Origin: Escherichia phage EP02SG
DNA length: 64,000 nt
Sequence record: PQ301181
Reading direction: 5' to 3' (one strand)
Within the stretch, counting starts at the first letter, position 1; the number at the start of each line of letters is the position of its first letter. The notes under the pieces were generated by a model that was not told the DNA's origin, ran no database searches, and saw only the letters and a list, made by a program, of their open reading frames with translations. Below are positions 32,469 to 42,832 of this stretch, piece after piece. The position numbers and the translations under genes are program-made.

Positions 32469-32837
32469 TTATGCAACTTTAATCCAATTGTCTAAATTTA
32501 AAACACCTTTGGCTTTCATTTTTTCGATCAGGTTATCTGCTGTAATGCGTCCATTTTGATACCATGTGACATCTTCAGAGTAACCAGTTTCTTCGTCAAC
32601 ATATGTTTCTGAGCGAATTTTACCAGTAATAATAGTTTTTAATTCGTATGTGTCACCAGTGAAAAAGTTTGCTAACACAATTTTCCAAGAGAAATCATCA
32701 GAAGGACCTTCAGGGGTCATACAACCTACGAACTCAAATTGCTCTTTGTATAACATCCATTGGAATTCTTTAATTTCGATAGCTTTATAACCGTCGTGGT
32801 CTTTACATTTGATGTATGAGTTCAGATTGATTTTCAT
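32469..32837 (-). CDS. Hypothetical protein (122 aa)
   Basis: ATG start; early promoter 32879-32907 upstream. Confidence 0.55.
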   Translation of the reverse strand: MKINLNSYIKCKDHDGYKAIEIKEFQWMLYKEQFEFVGCMTPEGPSDDFSWKIVLANFFTGDTYELKTIITGKIRSETYVDEETGYSEDVTWYQNGRITADNLIEKMKAKGVLNLDNWIKVA

Positions 32838-32878
32838 TTTATTCTCCGATTGTTTTATTGATTAGGTGGTACAAGTCT

Positions 32879-32907
32879 ATAGTAACACATCCTACAGGAG
32901 AGTAAAC
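32879..32907 (-). promoter_or_regulatory. Early promoter
   Basis: Minus strand reads GTTTACT - 16 nt - TACTAT, upstream of ORF 32469-32837. Confidence 0.5.
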
Positions 32908-32938
32908 ATCTTTTTTAAACTTTTTCTGCCCTAAACGC

Positions 32939-32962
32939 ACAAAAGGGAGACCGAAGTCTCCC
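32939..32962 (-). terminator. Terminator after the small basic ORF (minus strand)
   Basis: GGGAGAC-CGAA-GTCTCCC preceded by AAAA on the plus strand; identical 18-mer to three other sites. Confidence 0.7.
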
Positions 32963-32967
32963 TAAAA

Positions 32968-33147
32968 TTATGCAACAACCTTTCCAAAACGAGAAGCATC
33001 ATCTCGAAGAACTGCACGTGCTCTGCGCATGATCTTCTCAACTGTTTGATTAATACGAGAGTTCGACCCACGCTTGTATCCAGCGCGTTTAGAGGTACCA
33101 TCAACTTTCTTTTCAACTGCTTTCTTTGCTTTAGCTTGTTTTGCCAT
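32968..33147 (-). CDS. Small highly basic protein (59 aa), possible nucleic-acid binding
   Basis: Hand-translated MAKQAKAKKAVEKKVDGTSKRAGYKRGSNSRINQTVEKIMRRARAVLRDDASRFGKVVA; not in the ORF track (below 60 aa); followed by the conserved UUCG terminator. Confidence 0.45.
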   Translation of the reverse strand: MAKQAKAKKAVEKKVDGTSKRAGYKRGSNSRINQTVEKIMRRARAVLRDDASRFGKVVA

Positions 33148-33415
33148 TATAAATTCTCTTTAAATGAAAATGCAGGACTTATTGACATTGCCTGCGCAAG
33201 CCCTCAAGGGGAACATAGGTTTTGGATATTTAACGACAGGATAACCATAAACCCGTCATCATACCAACCACGACTTAAACAGATAACCCTTTTCTGACGC
33301 GTGATAGTACAAAATACATTCAAGAGGTACACCGTAAAATTGACGGGGCTGTACTTCTAAAACATACCGATTCGCAAATCGATAATCAGACAATTCGACG
33401 GCTCCTCGATTTAGC

Positions 33416-33664
33416 TTACTTCAGGGTAATAATAAAATGACGTACTGCTTTACGTGCGGCAGAAGCCAGAGGCTTAGCATATTTCAATTCATCTTTCTGG
33501 ACCAGGATATCGCGAAGATCGGCTTGTGCCGGATTCAGATGTTTGAAATACTGTAAGATTTCGAGGGCTTCGGCTTCGACATCAATAGATGCACCGTAAT
33601 TTTCGTGGCCATTATTCCATGCATGGCGTTGCAGTTCAAGAGCGTGTTGTAATTGTTTAATCAT
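33416..33664 (-). CDS. rIII: rIII lysis inhibition accessory protein
   Basis: 82-aa ORF adjacent to gene 31; size and sequence match T4 RIII as recalled. Confidence 0.8.
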   Translation of the reverse strand: MIKQLQHALELQRHAWNNGHENYGASIDVEAEALEILQYFKHLNPAQADLRDILVQKDELKYAKPLASAARKAVRHFIITLK

Positions 33665-33780
33665 TTTAAATTCTCAATTCGAGATAATATTTAGTAGCCA
33701 CGTTCGTCTGAATTTCACCTTCTTTCGACAGGTCTCTCAGTTGTAGGCTACCGCTTAGAAGAGTGTTCTCTTCATATAGT

Positions 33781-33788
33781 TATTTATA
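33781..33788 (-). promoter_or_regulatory. Candidate late promoter (minus strand) between gene 31 and rIII
   Basis: TATTTATA on plus strand directly after the gene 31 stop, ~117 nt upstream of rIII. Confidence 0.3.
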
Positions 33789-34121
33789 TCACTTATAAAG
33801 ACACGGAATAGCTTTATAGTGGCATGTTACGAATTTCTGTTTAATTTCTTTAGGTTGTTTAAGTCCCAAAGCCACAAATGGATGTGGAACATTTCGAATT
33901 TGTCCAACTGGTAGTGAAGTCAAATCACCGACTTCAACAAAACCTTCAGGAACATCAGGACCTACAGAATGAACTACACATAGTTCAGGAACTTCACCTT
34001 GAACACGTTTACCAATCACAAGTCCTGATTCTGTAACTTCTTCATCACCTGCTTGAGCGGGTTCAGAAACCAGAATGACATATTCACCAACAGCACGAAT
34101 TGGGAGTTGTACTTCAGACAT
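33789..34121 (-). CDS. 31: Co-chaperonin for GroEL (gp31)
   Basis: 110-aa ORF essentially identical to T4 gp31 as recalled ([29 protein letters not shown]...). Confidence 0.95.
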   Translation of the reverse strand: MSEVQLPIRAVGEYVILVSEPAQAGDEEVTESGLVIGKRVQGEVPELCVVHSVGPDVPEGFVEVGDLTSLPVGQIRNVPHPFVALGLKQPKEIKQKFVTCHYKAIPCLYK

Positions 34122-34178
34122 CTTATTTCCTTGTTGTTTGACGATAGATTAATAATACCATACTATTCGTAAAGCATA

Positions 34179-34487
34179 TTACATAAGAAGCAAACGTTCC
34201 ACCGGAGTACCATCAACCGAAATTACTTTATCAAGGCGGAAAGAACGCCACTGGCCTAACTTGGTATCGAATGCTCGAACTGATTCACGAGGTTCATAAC
34301 GAACTTCTGTTGCCGGATTGTTATTTTCATATTTGACTTCAAGTTCATCGCGCGAAGCAAACATAGTGCGTACCTCGCCGTTAGCCTTTTCAAATACAAC
34401 ACAATGAACGCCTACAGACAGAATAGTTTTAATACGTTCACGAAGAACCATAGTTTCTTGTTCAGTTAAAATCATATTATTCACCAC
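34179..34487 (-). CDS. Hypothetical protein (positional equivalent of T4 31.1)
   Basis: 102-aa ORF between cd and gene 31. Confidence 0.6.
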   Translation of the reverse strand: MVNNMILTEQETMVLRERIKTILSVGVHCVVFEKANGEVRTMFASRDELEVKYENNNPATEVRYEPRESVRAFDTKLGQWRSFRLDKVISVDGTPVERLLLM

Positions 34488-35058
34488 AAAAGTTTCGGAT
34501 TTGTTCCCAATTCAGAGAACGAAGATTATTACGAGAGTACTGAATTACTTCAATACCGGCTTGTTTTAGAATGTCTGCCCAATTTTCAGGAGATCGATCG
34601 TATAATTCTGCGTATACAACCTTTTTAATACCTGACTGCGTAATAGCTTTAGTGCAATCAGGACATGGAGAAAGCGTAGTATATAACGTAGCACCTTCAA
34701 TAGAATTACCTTTACGAGCTGCAAACAAAATTGCATTCAATTCTGCATGGATTTCATTATTAGCAGACCATGCACTATGAGCGGCCCGATGTTCTTTAGC
34801 CAAAACAAAATTATCTGCCCGTCCAAATGCTGTAGTGCCTTCTTTATGTCCAGCAACGATGACCGGGCTTGGTTTATTCTTCAACCAACCATTTTCGGAT
34901 GCATGTTCACAGCAGTTAACGCCACCTGCGGGTGAGCCATTATATCCAGTAGAGATAATGCGTCCATCTTTTTCAATGACGGCACCAACTTTCCATGAAC
35001 AACATTTTGATTCTTGAGAAATCAAATAAGCAATTTGAAGATATGTGCTAGCTTTCAT
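34477..35058 (-). CDS. cd: dCMP deaminase (Cd)
   Basis: 193-aa ORF, same length as T4 Cd; zinc-deaminase motifs HAELNAI and SPCPDC. Confidence 0.9.
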   Translation of the reverse strand: MKASTYLQIAYLISQESKCCSWKVGAVIEKDGRIISTGYNGSPAGGVNCCEHASENGWLKNKPSPVIVAGHKEGTTAFGRADNFVLAKEHRAAHSAWSANNEIHAELNAILFAARKGNSIEGATLYTTLSPCPDCTKAITQSGIKKVVYAELYDRSPENWADILKQAGIEVIQYSRNNLRSLNWEQIRNFCGE

Positions 35059-36050
35059 TATTGAACCTTATTAATATAAGTTAACAGCTCTTTAGTTTGT
35101 TCCCAACTGATGCACGCATCGGTAACGGAAACGCCATAGGACATATTATCAGAAATTTTTTGATTTCCTTCATGTAGGAATGATTCTATCATAATTCCTT
35201 TGACTAAATCATTAGCTGCTAAATTTTTACCAATACCAATTTGATTGCTATAATACCCATCAGCGTTTGCATGGCTACAGTCAACCATTACATAATGATT
35301 CAGACCTAATGCACTTGCTTTGTTAGAAGCTTCTTGAATATCAGAAGAATGATAGTTCGGGCCGTTAGTCCCGCCACGCAATACGATATGCGTATTCTGA
35401 TTACCTTCAGCTTCAACAATGCCTACAGTACCATCGACGTCCATACCCATATACCGATGAGGCCAGGCGGCACTATACATCGCGTCTGTAGCTACTTTAA
35501 TAGAACCATTGGTTGCGTTCTTGAAGCCTACGCACATCGGTAGACCTGAAGCAATTTCACGATGTGTCTGACTTTCAGTCGTACGGGCGCCAATAGCAAC
35601 CCATGAGAAAATACCAGAAAGATACTTAATCGTGAATGGGTCTAATACTTCAGTTGCTAATGGAAGTCCCATACGTAGAAGTTTACGACACAATGTTCGT
35701 GCAACTATAAGACCGTGGTTCATATCAAAACTTCCGTCAAGATATGGATCATTTACAAGACCTTTCCAACCTACGGTAGTTCGAGGCTTTTCAAAATAAA
35801 CGCGCATCACTAACAGAACATTAGGAAGACGAGTTTGAAGTTCAGCCAGACGTTTGCCGTATTCAACAGCAGCAATAGGGTCATGAATTGAACAAGGACC
35901 TACAACAATAAGTTTGCGTGGGTCTTCACCGTTCATAATCGAATTAACTTGTTCGCGATGAGAAGCCACTTGTGATGCGTAAGCTTCCGACAAAGGAATA
36001 ATCTCAGCCAGTTCTTTTGGAGAAATAAGTTTTCTGATGACAGGTAACAT
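35058..36050 (-). CDS. 3-deoxy-D-arabino-heptulosonate 7-phosphate (DAHP) synthase, class I (AroG/AroF/AroH-like)
   Basis: 330-aa ORF with VVGPCSIHD, MRVYFEKPRTTVGWKGLVNDP, GARTTESQTHRE, LRGG, DCSHANA; colinear with E. coli AroG as recalled; 1-nt junction with cd. Confidence 0.85.
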   Translation of the reverse strand: MLPVIRKLISPKELAEIIPLSEAYASQVASHREQVNSIMNGEDPRKLIVVGPCSIHDPIAAVEYGKRLAELQTRLPNVLLVMRVYFEKPRTTVGWKGLVNDPYLDGSFDMNHGLIVARTLCRKLLRMGLPLATEVLDPFTIKYLSGIFSWVAIGARTTESQTHREIASGLPMCVGFKNATNGSIKVATDAMYSAAWPHRYMGMDVDGTVGIVEAEGNQNTHIVLRGGTNGPNYHSSDIQEASNKASALGLNHYVMVDCSHANADGYYSNQIGIGKNLAANDLVKGIMIESFLHEGNQKISDNMSYGVSVTDACISWEQTKELLTYINKVQ

Positions 36051-36170
36051 AACAATCCTTAGGAGATATAAACAGATTCTGATTCAACAATACCTTTAAC
36101 CGGATTAGACAGGCTAAGTTGGTAGTGCTCAGATTTATGACCATTCACGATAGTAATGAGATAGCTCTCA

Positions 36171-36407
36171 TTATAGTGTTCCATATACTCGAGTTGCTTC
36201 AACAAGACCATCACTGCCTAATTTAAGATTAGTAATTTGGTCACCATCTTTAGGATTAACGATTATGAGAAAAGAACGTGGAGATTCTTGAATAACTCGT
36301 AATGTTGCATCTTGGAAACGTTCAGACACTTTATTGATGAGTGCTTGAGCAAATTCTTTTACTTTAATCTGAAATTCGTGTACTGTAATTGGGTTTTCAC
36401 TTAGCAT
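36171..36407 (-). CDS. Hypothetical protein (78 aa)
   Basis: ATG start verified; early promoter 36436-36465 upstream. Confidence 0.5.
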   Translation of the reverse strand: MLSENPITVHEFQIKVKEFAQALINKVSERFQDATLRVIQESPRSFLIIVNPKDGDQITNLKLGSDGLVEATRVYGTL

Positions 36408-36435
36408 TTCTATTTCCTCATTTGTTGGTAGAGTT

Positions 36436-36465
36436 ATAGTATCACAACTCCACCATGTTGTAAAC
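36436..36465 (-). promoter_or_regulatory. Early promoter
   Basis: Minus strand reads GTTTACA - 17 nt - TACTAT, ~30 nt upstream of ORF 36171-36407. Confidence 0.55.
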
Positions 36466-36467
36466 CA

Positions 36468-36743
36468 TTAAATTGCTTTGCATTCAATTTTTTGTGTACC
36501 GAAATTGATATCACATTGGATAACTAAATCGCCGTCAAGATCAAATACCACTATGACGTGTGCAGACCCAGGGAGAAGAGTAATAGCAATAGAATCTACT
36601 TGGTCTGGGAGCAAAGCATTGAGTACATGAGTTAGTTGAGCATGAACTCTGAGTTCGGCTGCATTATCAAGCACTTCAAACATATTATTAGCAATAATCT
36701 GACTGAAGACTACCTTTACAATTTCAGAATAAGTTGGGAACAT
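36468..36743 (-). CDS. Hypothetical protein (91 aa)
   Basis: Small ORF in the cd-pseT accessory cluster. Confidence 0.5.
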   Translation of the reverse strand: MFPTYSEIVKVVFSQIIANNMFEVLDNAAELRVHAQLTHVLNALLPDQVDSIAITLLPGSAHVIVVFDLDGDLVIQCDINFGTQKIECKAI

Positions 36744-36750
36744 AATTACC

Positions 36751-36975
36751 TCAGTGTACAGTATTTACTTTAACTCGAACAACAAATCGCTCGGTTGGTT
36801 CACCTACAGGAACAAACTCTACATGATATTCACCTTTGTAACGAGTATTCAGGTCGTTACGAATTTCGGTAAGCTTGTTGATTAATGTAGAACTCATATT
36901 AAGTCCCACTAGTTTACGAAGCATTTTGTATGCTTCATCTTCGATTTCATGATGTTTATCGTACATAGTTTTCAT
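36751..36975 (-). CDS. Hypothetical protein (74 aa)
   Basis: Small ORF in the cd-pseT accessory cluster. Confidence 0.5.
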   Translation of the reverse strand: MKTMYDKHHEIEDEAYKMLRKLVGLNMSSTLINKLTEIRNDLNTRYKGEYHVEFVPVGEPTERFVVRVKVNTVH

Positions 36976-37146
36976 TTAACCATTCAATTGCCTGGTCGAC
37001 GTTATCAAATATACCGCCGTCCAACCATTCTTCATGTTCATAGTCCAGCACATCAATACCGAACCGTCCATTTACTAAAGGCCATACTACAAACAAATAT
37101 TCTTTATGCTGTTCGATGGCCTCAATCACTTCATATAATCGTTTCA

Positions 37147-37147
<1 letters not shown>
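36956..37147 (-). CDS. Hypothetical acidic protein (63 aa)
   Basis: Small ORF; stop overlaps pseT end region. Confidence 0.45.
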
Positions 37148-38233
<1,086 letters not shown>

Positions 38234-38234
<1 letters not shown>

Positions 38235-38533
38235 TATTTTATTCCTAAGAAAATTTCAAGAATACGAATGTTATGCTCGCGCCGGTCTTTATTAATTTCA
38301 GCAACGTTTTTATTAATTGACGTACTTCTAACGTTTGAAGAAATAAATTTAATCATATGACTTTTGAGTTGTTGCAAATCCAACCCTTTTTCTTTAGCAG
38401 CTTTACGAAGAGCTTTACCTGCTTCATCTAGTGCCTTTGCTGCATCTTTGTCATAATTGCCGAGTGACATTCCACGACAGATATCAATATACTCATCAGA
38501 CCGTTTGATGTAATTCTCTAGTAATGTTTTCAT
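38234..38533 (-). CDS. Hypothetical protein (99 aa)
   Basis: ATG start verified; early promoter 38562-38591 upstream. Confidence 0.5.
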
Positions 38534-38561
38534 TTAGATTTCCTCAATTATCCATAGGAGC

Positions 38562-38591
38562 ATTATACTCTGCTCCCGAGAGTTTGTAAAC
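38562..38591 (-). promoter_or_regulatory. Early promoter
   Basis: Minus strand reads GTTTACA - 17 nt - TATAAT, upstream of ORF 38234-38533; -35 overlaps the stop of the upstream ORF. Confidence 0.55.
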
Positions 38592-38815
38592 TATTTTACT
38601 AAAGATTCAATATACTCATGAAGAGCTTTAGTAGCTACTGCCCACTTATTCTGATATTCATTTTTCAGATTAGCACGAGACTGAACTAACAAGCGGTCAT
38701 TAGTCGGAGGCAAAGATTCTAATCGTTGAATCTGTCGCCCGTAAATCATGGCCGCCATTTCAGATTCATAGATAAGCCCTTTAATGTATTCATGCTGTTC
38801 TTTAGTCATTGGCAT
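38591..38815 (-). CDS. Hypothetical protein (74 aa)
   Basis: Small ORF downstream of the putative spanin pair. Confidence 0.5.
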   Translation of the reverse strand: MPMTKEQHEYIKGLIYESEMAAMIYGRQIQRLESLPPTNDRLLVQSRANLKNEYQNKWAVATKALHEYIESLVK

Positions 38816-39096
38816 TTTTCCTCTTTTAAACCACTACGATAATAACATAACATAGTCTTCTGGTCATGTACATATCTTTTTACGTCGTTTAACCAGATAC
38901 GAAATTCTTGAGAGTCTTCAAACGGCATTCCAACCCATGGATTACCATCAATAACCTTTACTTGCCATTTCTGGTTATATTCAACAATAGATTCTGGCCA
39001 TGGCGGATGTAAAGTTTCTTTAGGGCTTAAGGGCACATCCTGGGCACATCCGGCTAAAATGCCAATAGATAATACAACTGCAGTTAATTTAATCAT
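38806..39096 (-). CDS. Putative o-spanin (outer-membrane lipoprotein, Rz1-like; T4 pseT.2 equivalent)
   Basis: 96-aa ORF with signal peptide and lipobox LAGC; proline-containing mature part; 4-nt overlap with the upstream i-spanin candidate. Confidence 0.6.
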   Translation of the reverse strand: MIKLTAVVLSIGILAGCAQDVPLSPKETLHPPWPESIVEYNQKWQVKVIDGNPWVGMPFEDSQEFRIWLNDVKRYVHDQKTMLCYYRSGLKEEKCQ

Positions 39097-39449
39097 TCTG
39101 AGAGCTTCCTGAGGTCTTCTGCAAAGGAATCAAAGGACCTGTTGATTTGTTTTTCGACCAATCCTGGCTTACTTGCCACCACGTTCTTCTTCTTCGAATC
39201 CTTACGGAGCTTTTCATTTTCAGCCTTAAGTTTGTCAACTAAAACACGGTTCTTATAAGTCATTTCTTCGATTGACTGATATTGAACCTTGAAGTCGTCT
39301 AATACTTTAGCATTGTTTTTAGCGGTCTCTTTGACAGAAGCTAATTCAGTATTCAACGAATCAACTTTGTTGTTTAAGACAACTATTGTTACCGTAGAAA
39401 CTAGAGCAAAAGCTGCTACTATAGCATAAATCGGATTTACTTTAAGCAT
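39093..39449 (-). CDS. Putative i-spanin (Rz-like; T4 pseT.3 equivalent)
   Basis: 118-aa ORF; N-terminal TM helix IYAIVAAFALVSTVTIVVL followed by coiled-coil-prone periplasmic domain. Confidence 0.6.
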   Translation of the reverse strand: MLKVNPIYAIVAAFALVSTVTIVVLNNKVDSLNTELASVKETAKNNAKVLDDFKVQYQSIEEMTYKNRVLVDKLKAENEKLRKDSKKKNVVASKPGLVEKQINRSFDSFAEDLRKLSE

Positions 39450-39937
39450 GTTTTAATAATCTCGATGATTTCATCTCGGGATAATCCATTGATAAGAACG
39501 GTTTTCGGACCATCACACTGGATTTTGTACGATTCAAACAATACACACAACTCTTCTGCTGTATGATACGGACTTGAGATTCCGAGACGGTTGAATTTGT
39601 CGGTAAGAGGGTCGCAAATAATGTAGAATTTTATACCTGCGATATGTACGTTTGGTTGACTAATATTAATGAACACATTAGCGTCATATTTAGTCAAATT
39701 GTTTTGAAGAAATTCTACCATGGCATTAACTGCTTCTGGCATCGCTTCACGTTTCTCTTCGGTGTAACGTGTTGAATATTCCTTTTGCTTTAACTTCTTT
39801 TTAGCATTTTTCGCTAGAGTAGTACGAAGGTCCGTAAGATAACCAACTGCACGGCCTTTCTTAAAGACCCGGATTCCATCTGTAGAATCACCAAATGCTG
39901 CCACAACCATATCGTTAGTAATCAATTGCATATTCAT
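39437..39937 (-). CDS. alc: Alc transcription terminator protein
   Basis: 167 aa from the internal ATG (MNMQLITNDMVVAAFGD...) with GAGGAG RBS; T4 Alc is 167 aa; early promoter 39968-39997 lies inside the rejected extension. Confidence 0.65.
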   Translation of the reverse strand: MNMQLITNDMVVAAFGDSTDGIRVFKKGRAVGYLTDLRTTLAKNAKKKLKQKEYSTRYTEEKREAMPEAVNAMVEFLQNNLTKYDANVFINISQPNVHIAGIKFYIICDPLTDKFNRLGISSPYHTAEELCVLFESYKIQCDGPKTVLINGLSRDEIIEIIKTCLK

Positions 39938-39967
39938 AATTTTCTCCTCGCGATGTTGATAAAAACC

Positions 39968-39997
39968 ATAGTAACACCTTCCTTGGTGTTTGTAAAC
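39968..39997 (-). promoter_or_regulatory. Early promoter for alc
   Basis: Minus strand reads GTTTACA - 17 nt - TACTAT, directly after the rnlA stop and ~30 nt upstream of the alc ATG. Confidence 0.55.
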
Positions 39998-39999
39998 CA

Positions 40000-41133
<1,134 letters not shown>

Positions 41134-41152
41134 TCAGTTAGTTTTTTTTTAA

Positions 41153-41182
41153 ATTATACCACAATCCTTGTGGCATGTAAAC
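41153..41182 (-). promoter_or_regulatory. Early promoter for rnlA
   Basis: Minus strand reads GTTTACA - 17 nt - TATAAT, between the denA stop and the rnlA ATG. Confidence 0.55.
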
Positions 41183-41592
41183 TACTTTTTCTTATGTTGG
41201 ATATTCCAAGGCGGGTTGAACTTTTTGATAAAAAGCGGTTCTTCAAGGTCCATTGTTGCGATGGTCATTGAACCAAGTTCGTTGGTGACTGAAAGGTCAA
41301 AACATTGGCGGGCCCAGAATTCAACCTTTTTGCCTTGCATTAAGGCATCCAAAATCATAAGTGATTTTCTTGAATCTGAAGTCTGGTCTTTTCGATTTAT
41401 GGCTGTTCGATAATAGTTAATGCGTTTCTTTAAATTCTTGGTTTTACCAATATACACAAGTTCGTCATCTATAGCAATAGCATATATGACATTTTTCTTA
41501 TTAGGGACATCAACTGTTTTAATTGTTGCATCTTCTAATAGCTCCAATTCTGTATATTTAATAAAGGAATATTCGGCGGCAATATCTTTCAT
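41182..41592 (-). CDS. denA: Endonuclease II (DenA), GIY-YIG family
   Basis: 136-aa ORF, same length as T4 DenA; GIY-YIG-like VIYAIAIDDELVYIGKTKNLKKRINYY. Confidence 0.8.
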   Translation of the reverse strand: MKDIAAEYSFIKYTELELLEDATIKTVDVPNKKNVIYAIAIDDELVYIGKTKNLKKRINYYRTAINRKDQTSDSRKSLMILDALMQGKKVEFWARQCFDLSVTNELGSMTIATMDLEEPLFIKKFNPPWNIQHKKK

Positions 41593-41600
41593 AATAAAGT

Positions 41601-41614
41601 GGGACCGAAGTCCC
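41601..41614 (-). other. UUCG hairpin between nrdB and denA (minus strand)
   Basis: GGGAC-CGAA-GTCCC located 9 nt upstream of the denA ATG. Confidence 0.45.
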
Positions 41615-41618
41615 GTCC

Positions 41619-42797
41619 TTAGAAATATTTTTTGTATGAATTGATTACATTTTGGTCTACATCATTATCAATTTGTGCGACAAGATAAGAACTGATTTCA
41701 ACTTCCTGAGGAGCTGCTTGAACTAAATCAGAGTTCAGATATTCACGAATCCAAGGATACGGATGCTTGGTCGGGGCATCGGTGATTGGGCATGGCAAAC
41801 CACACTGTTTCATACGAGACACAGTCAAGTAATCAACAAAAGCACACATACTCTGCGTATTGATACCTGGACATGTACCATCTTTAAAGAGGTGTGCAGC
41901 CCATTCCTTCTCTTGACTATTTACTTCCATAAAAATGTCAACTGCTTCTTGTTCACATTCTTTAGCAATTTGAACCCACTCATCACCATCAGTACCAGAT
42001 TGAAGTTGACGGATAATGTACTGAGTACCCTTGAGGTGGAGTTGTTCGTCACGAGCAATGAACTTCATAATCTTTGCATTACCTTCCATAATTTCCATAT
42101 TTTTGTGGAAGTTAAAGGTACATGCGAAAGATACGTAAAAACGAATAGCTTCCAAGGCGTTAATTACATGAAGGCAAAGATAAAGAGATTTCATTAGCTC
42201 ACGCTTCCAATATGTCTCATGCTCAATAGCATCTTCAATAACGTCTTCGTCTGCATTAATTTCTTTTTGGTATTCGATATCAGCTTTAGCGTTTTCCCAA
42301 TAACGAGTTTTAACCAGAACATCATCGTAATATTTACCTATTGATTCAGCTCGTTTCATGATTGCTTCGTCTAATACAATTTCATCAAATACCTTAGATG
42401 GATCAGTATAAAGATTTCGCATAATATGAGTATACGAACGAGAGTGAATAGTTTCACTGAATGTCCATGTTGCAACCCATGTATCTAATGAAGGGTCGGA
42501 AATCAGTGCCATAAGTACCGCAGATGGGGCCCTGCCTTGGATAGAATCTAATAATGATTGATACTTAAGATTGTTTGTAAAGATGTCCTGTTGGAACTGA
42601 GGAAGCTTATTGAACTGCGCAGAGTCCAACATCAAGTTTACCTCTTCTGGGCGCCAGAAAAATGATAATTGCTTTTCGGTCAAATCTTCAAAAACTTTAT
42701 GGCGTTGAATATCATAACGCGCAATACCAAGACCAGAACCAAAGAACATCGGTTCATTCAAAACATCGACTTGTTGTGTGTTAAAAACTGTAGACAT
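41619..42797 (-). CDS. nrdB: Ribonucleotide reductase beta subunit (NrdB), intron-less
   Basis: Uninterrupted 392-aa ORF with diiron/tyrosyl-radical R2 features; T4 nrdB carries a group I intron, this one does not. Confidence 0.95.
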   Translation of the reverse strand: MSTVFNTQQVDVLNEPMFFGSGLGIARYDIQRHKVFEDLTEKQLSFFWRPEEVNLMLDSAQFNKLPQFQQDIFTNNLKYQSLLDSIQGRAPSAVLMALISDPSLDTWVATWTFSETIHSRSYTHIMRNLYTDPSKVFDEIVLDEAIMKRAESIGKYYDDVLVKTRYWENAKADIEYQKEINADEDVIEDAIEHETYWKRELMKSLYLCLHVINALEAIRFYVSFACTFNFHKNMEIMEGNAKIMKFIARDEQLHLKGTQYIIRQLQSGTDGDEWVQIAKECEQEAVDIFMEVNSQEKEWAAHLFKDGTCPGINTQSMCAFVDYLTVSRMKQCGLPCPITDAPTKHPYPWIREYLNSDLVQAAPQEVEISSYLVAQIDNDVDQNVINSYKKYF

Positions 42798-42832
42798 ATT
42801 ATTCTCGCTTATTATAGGTTTAAATTATTTAA

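Noticed and set aside
35058-36050. Alternative identity of the 330-aa ORF as KDO8P synthase (KdsA)
   Set aside because: KdsA is about 280 aa and lacks the GPCSIHD, MRVYFEKPRTTVGWKG and GARTTESQ blocks seen here, which are AroG/F/H signatures.
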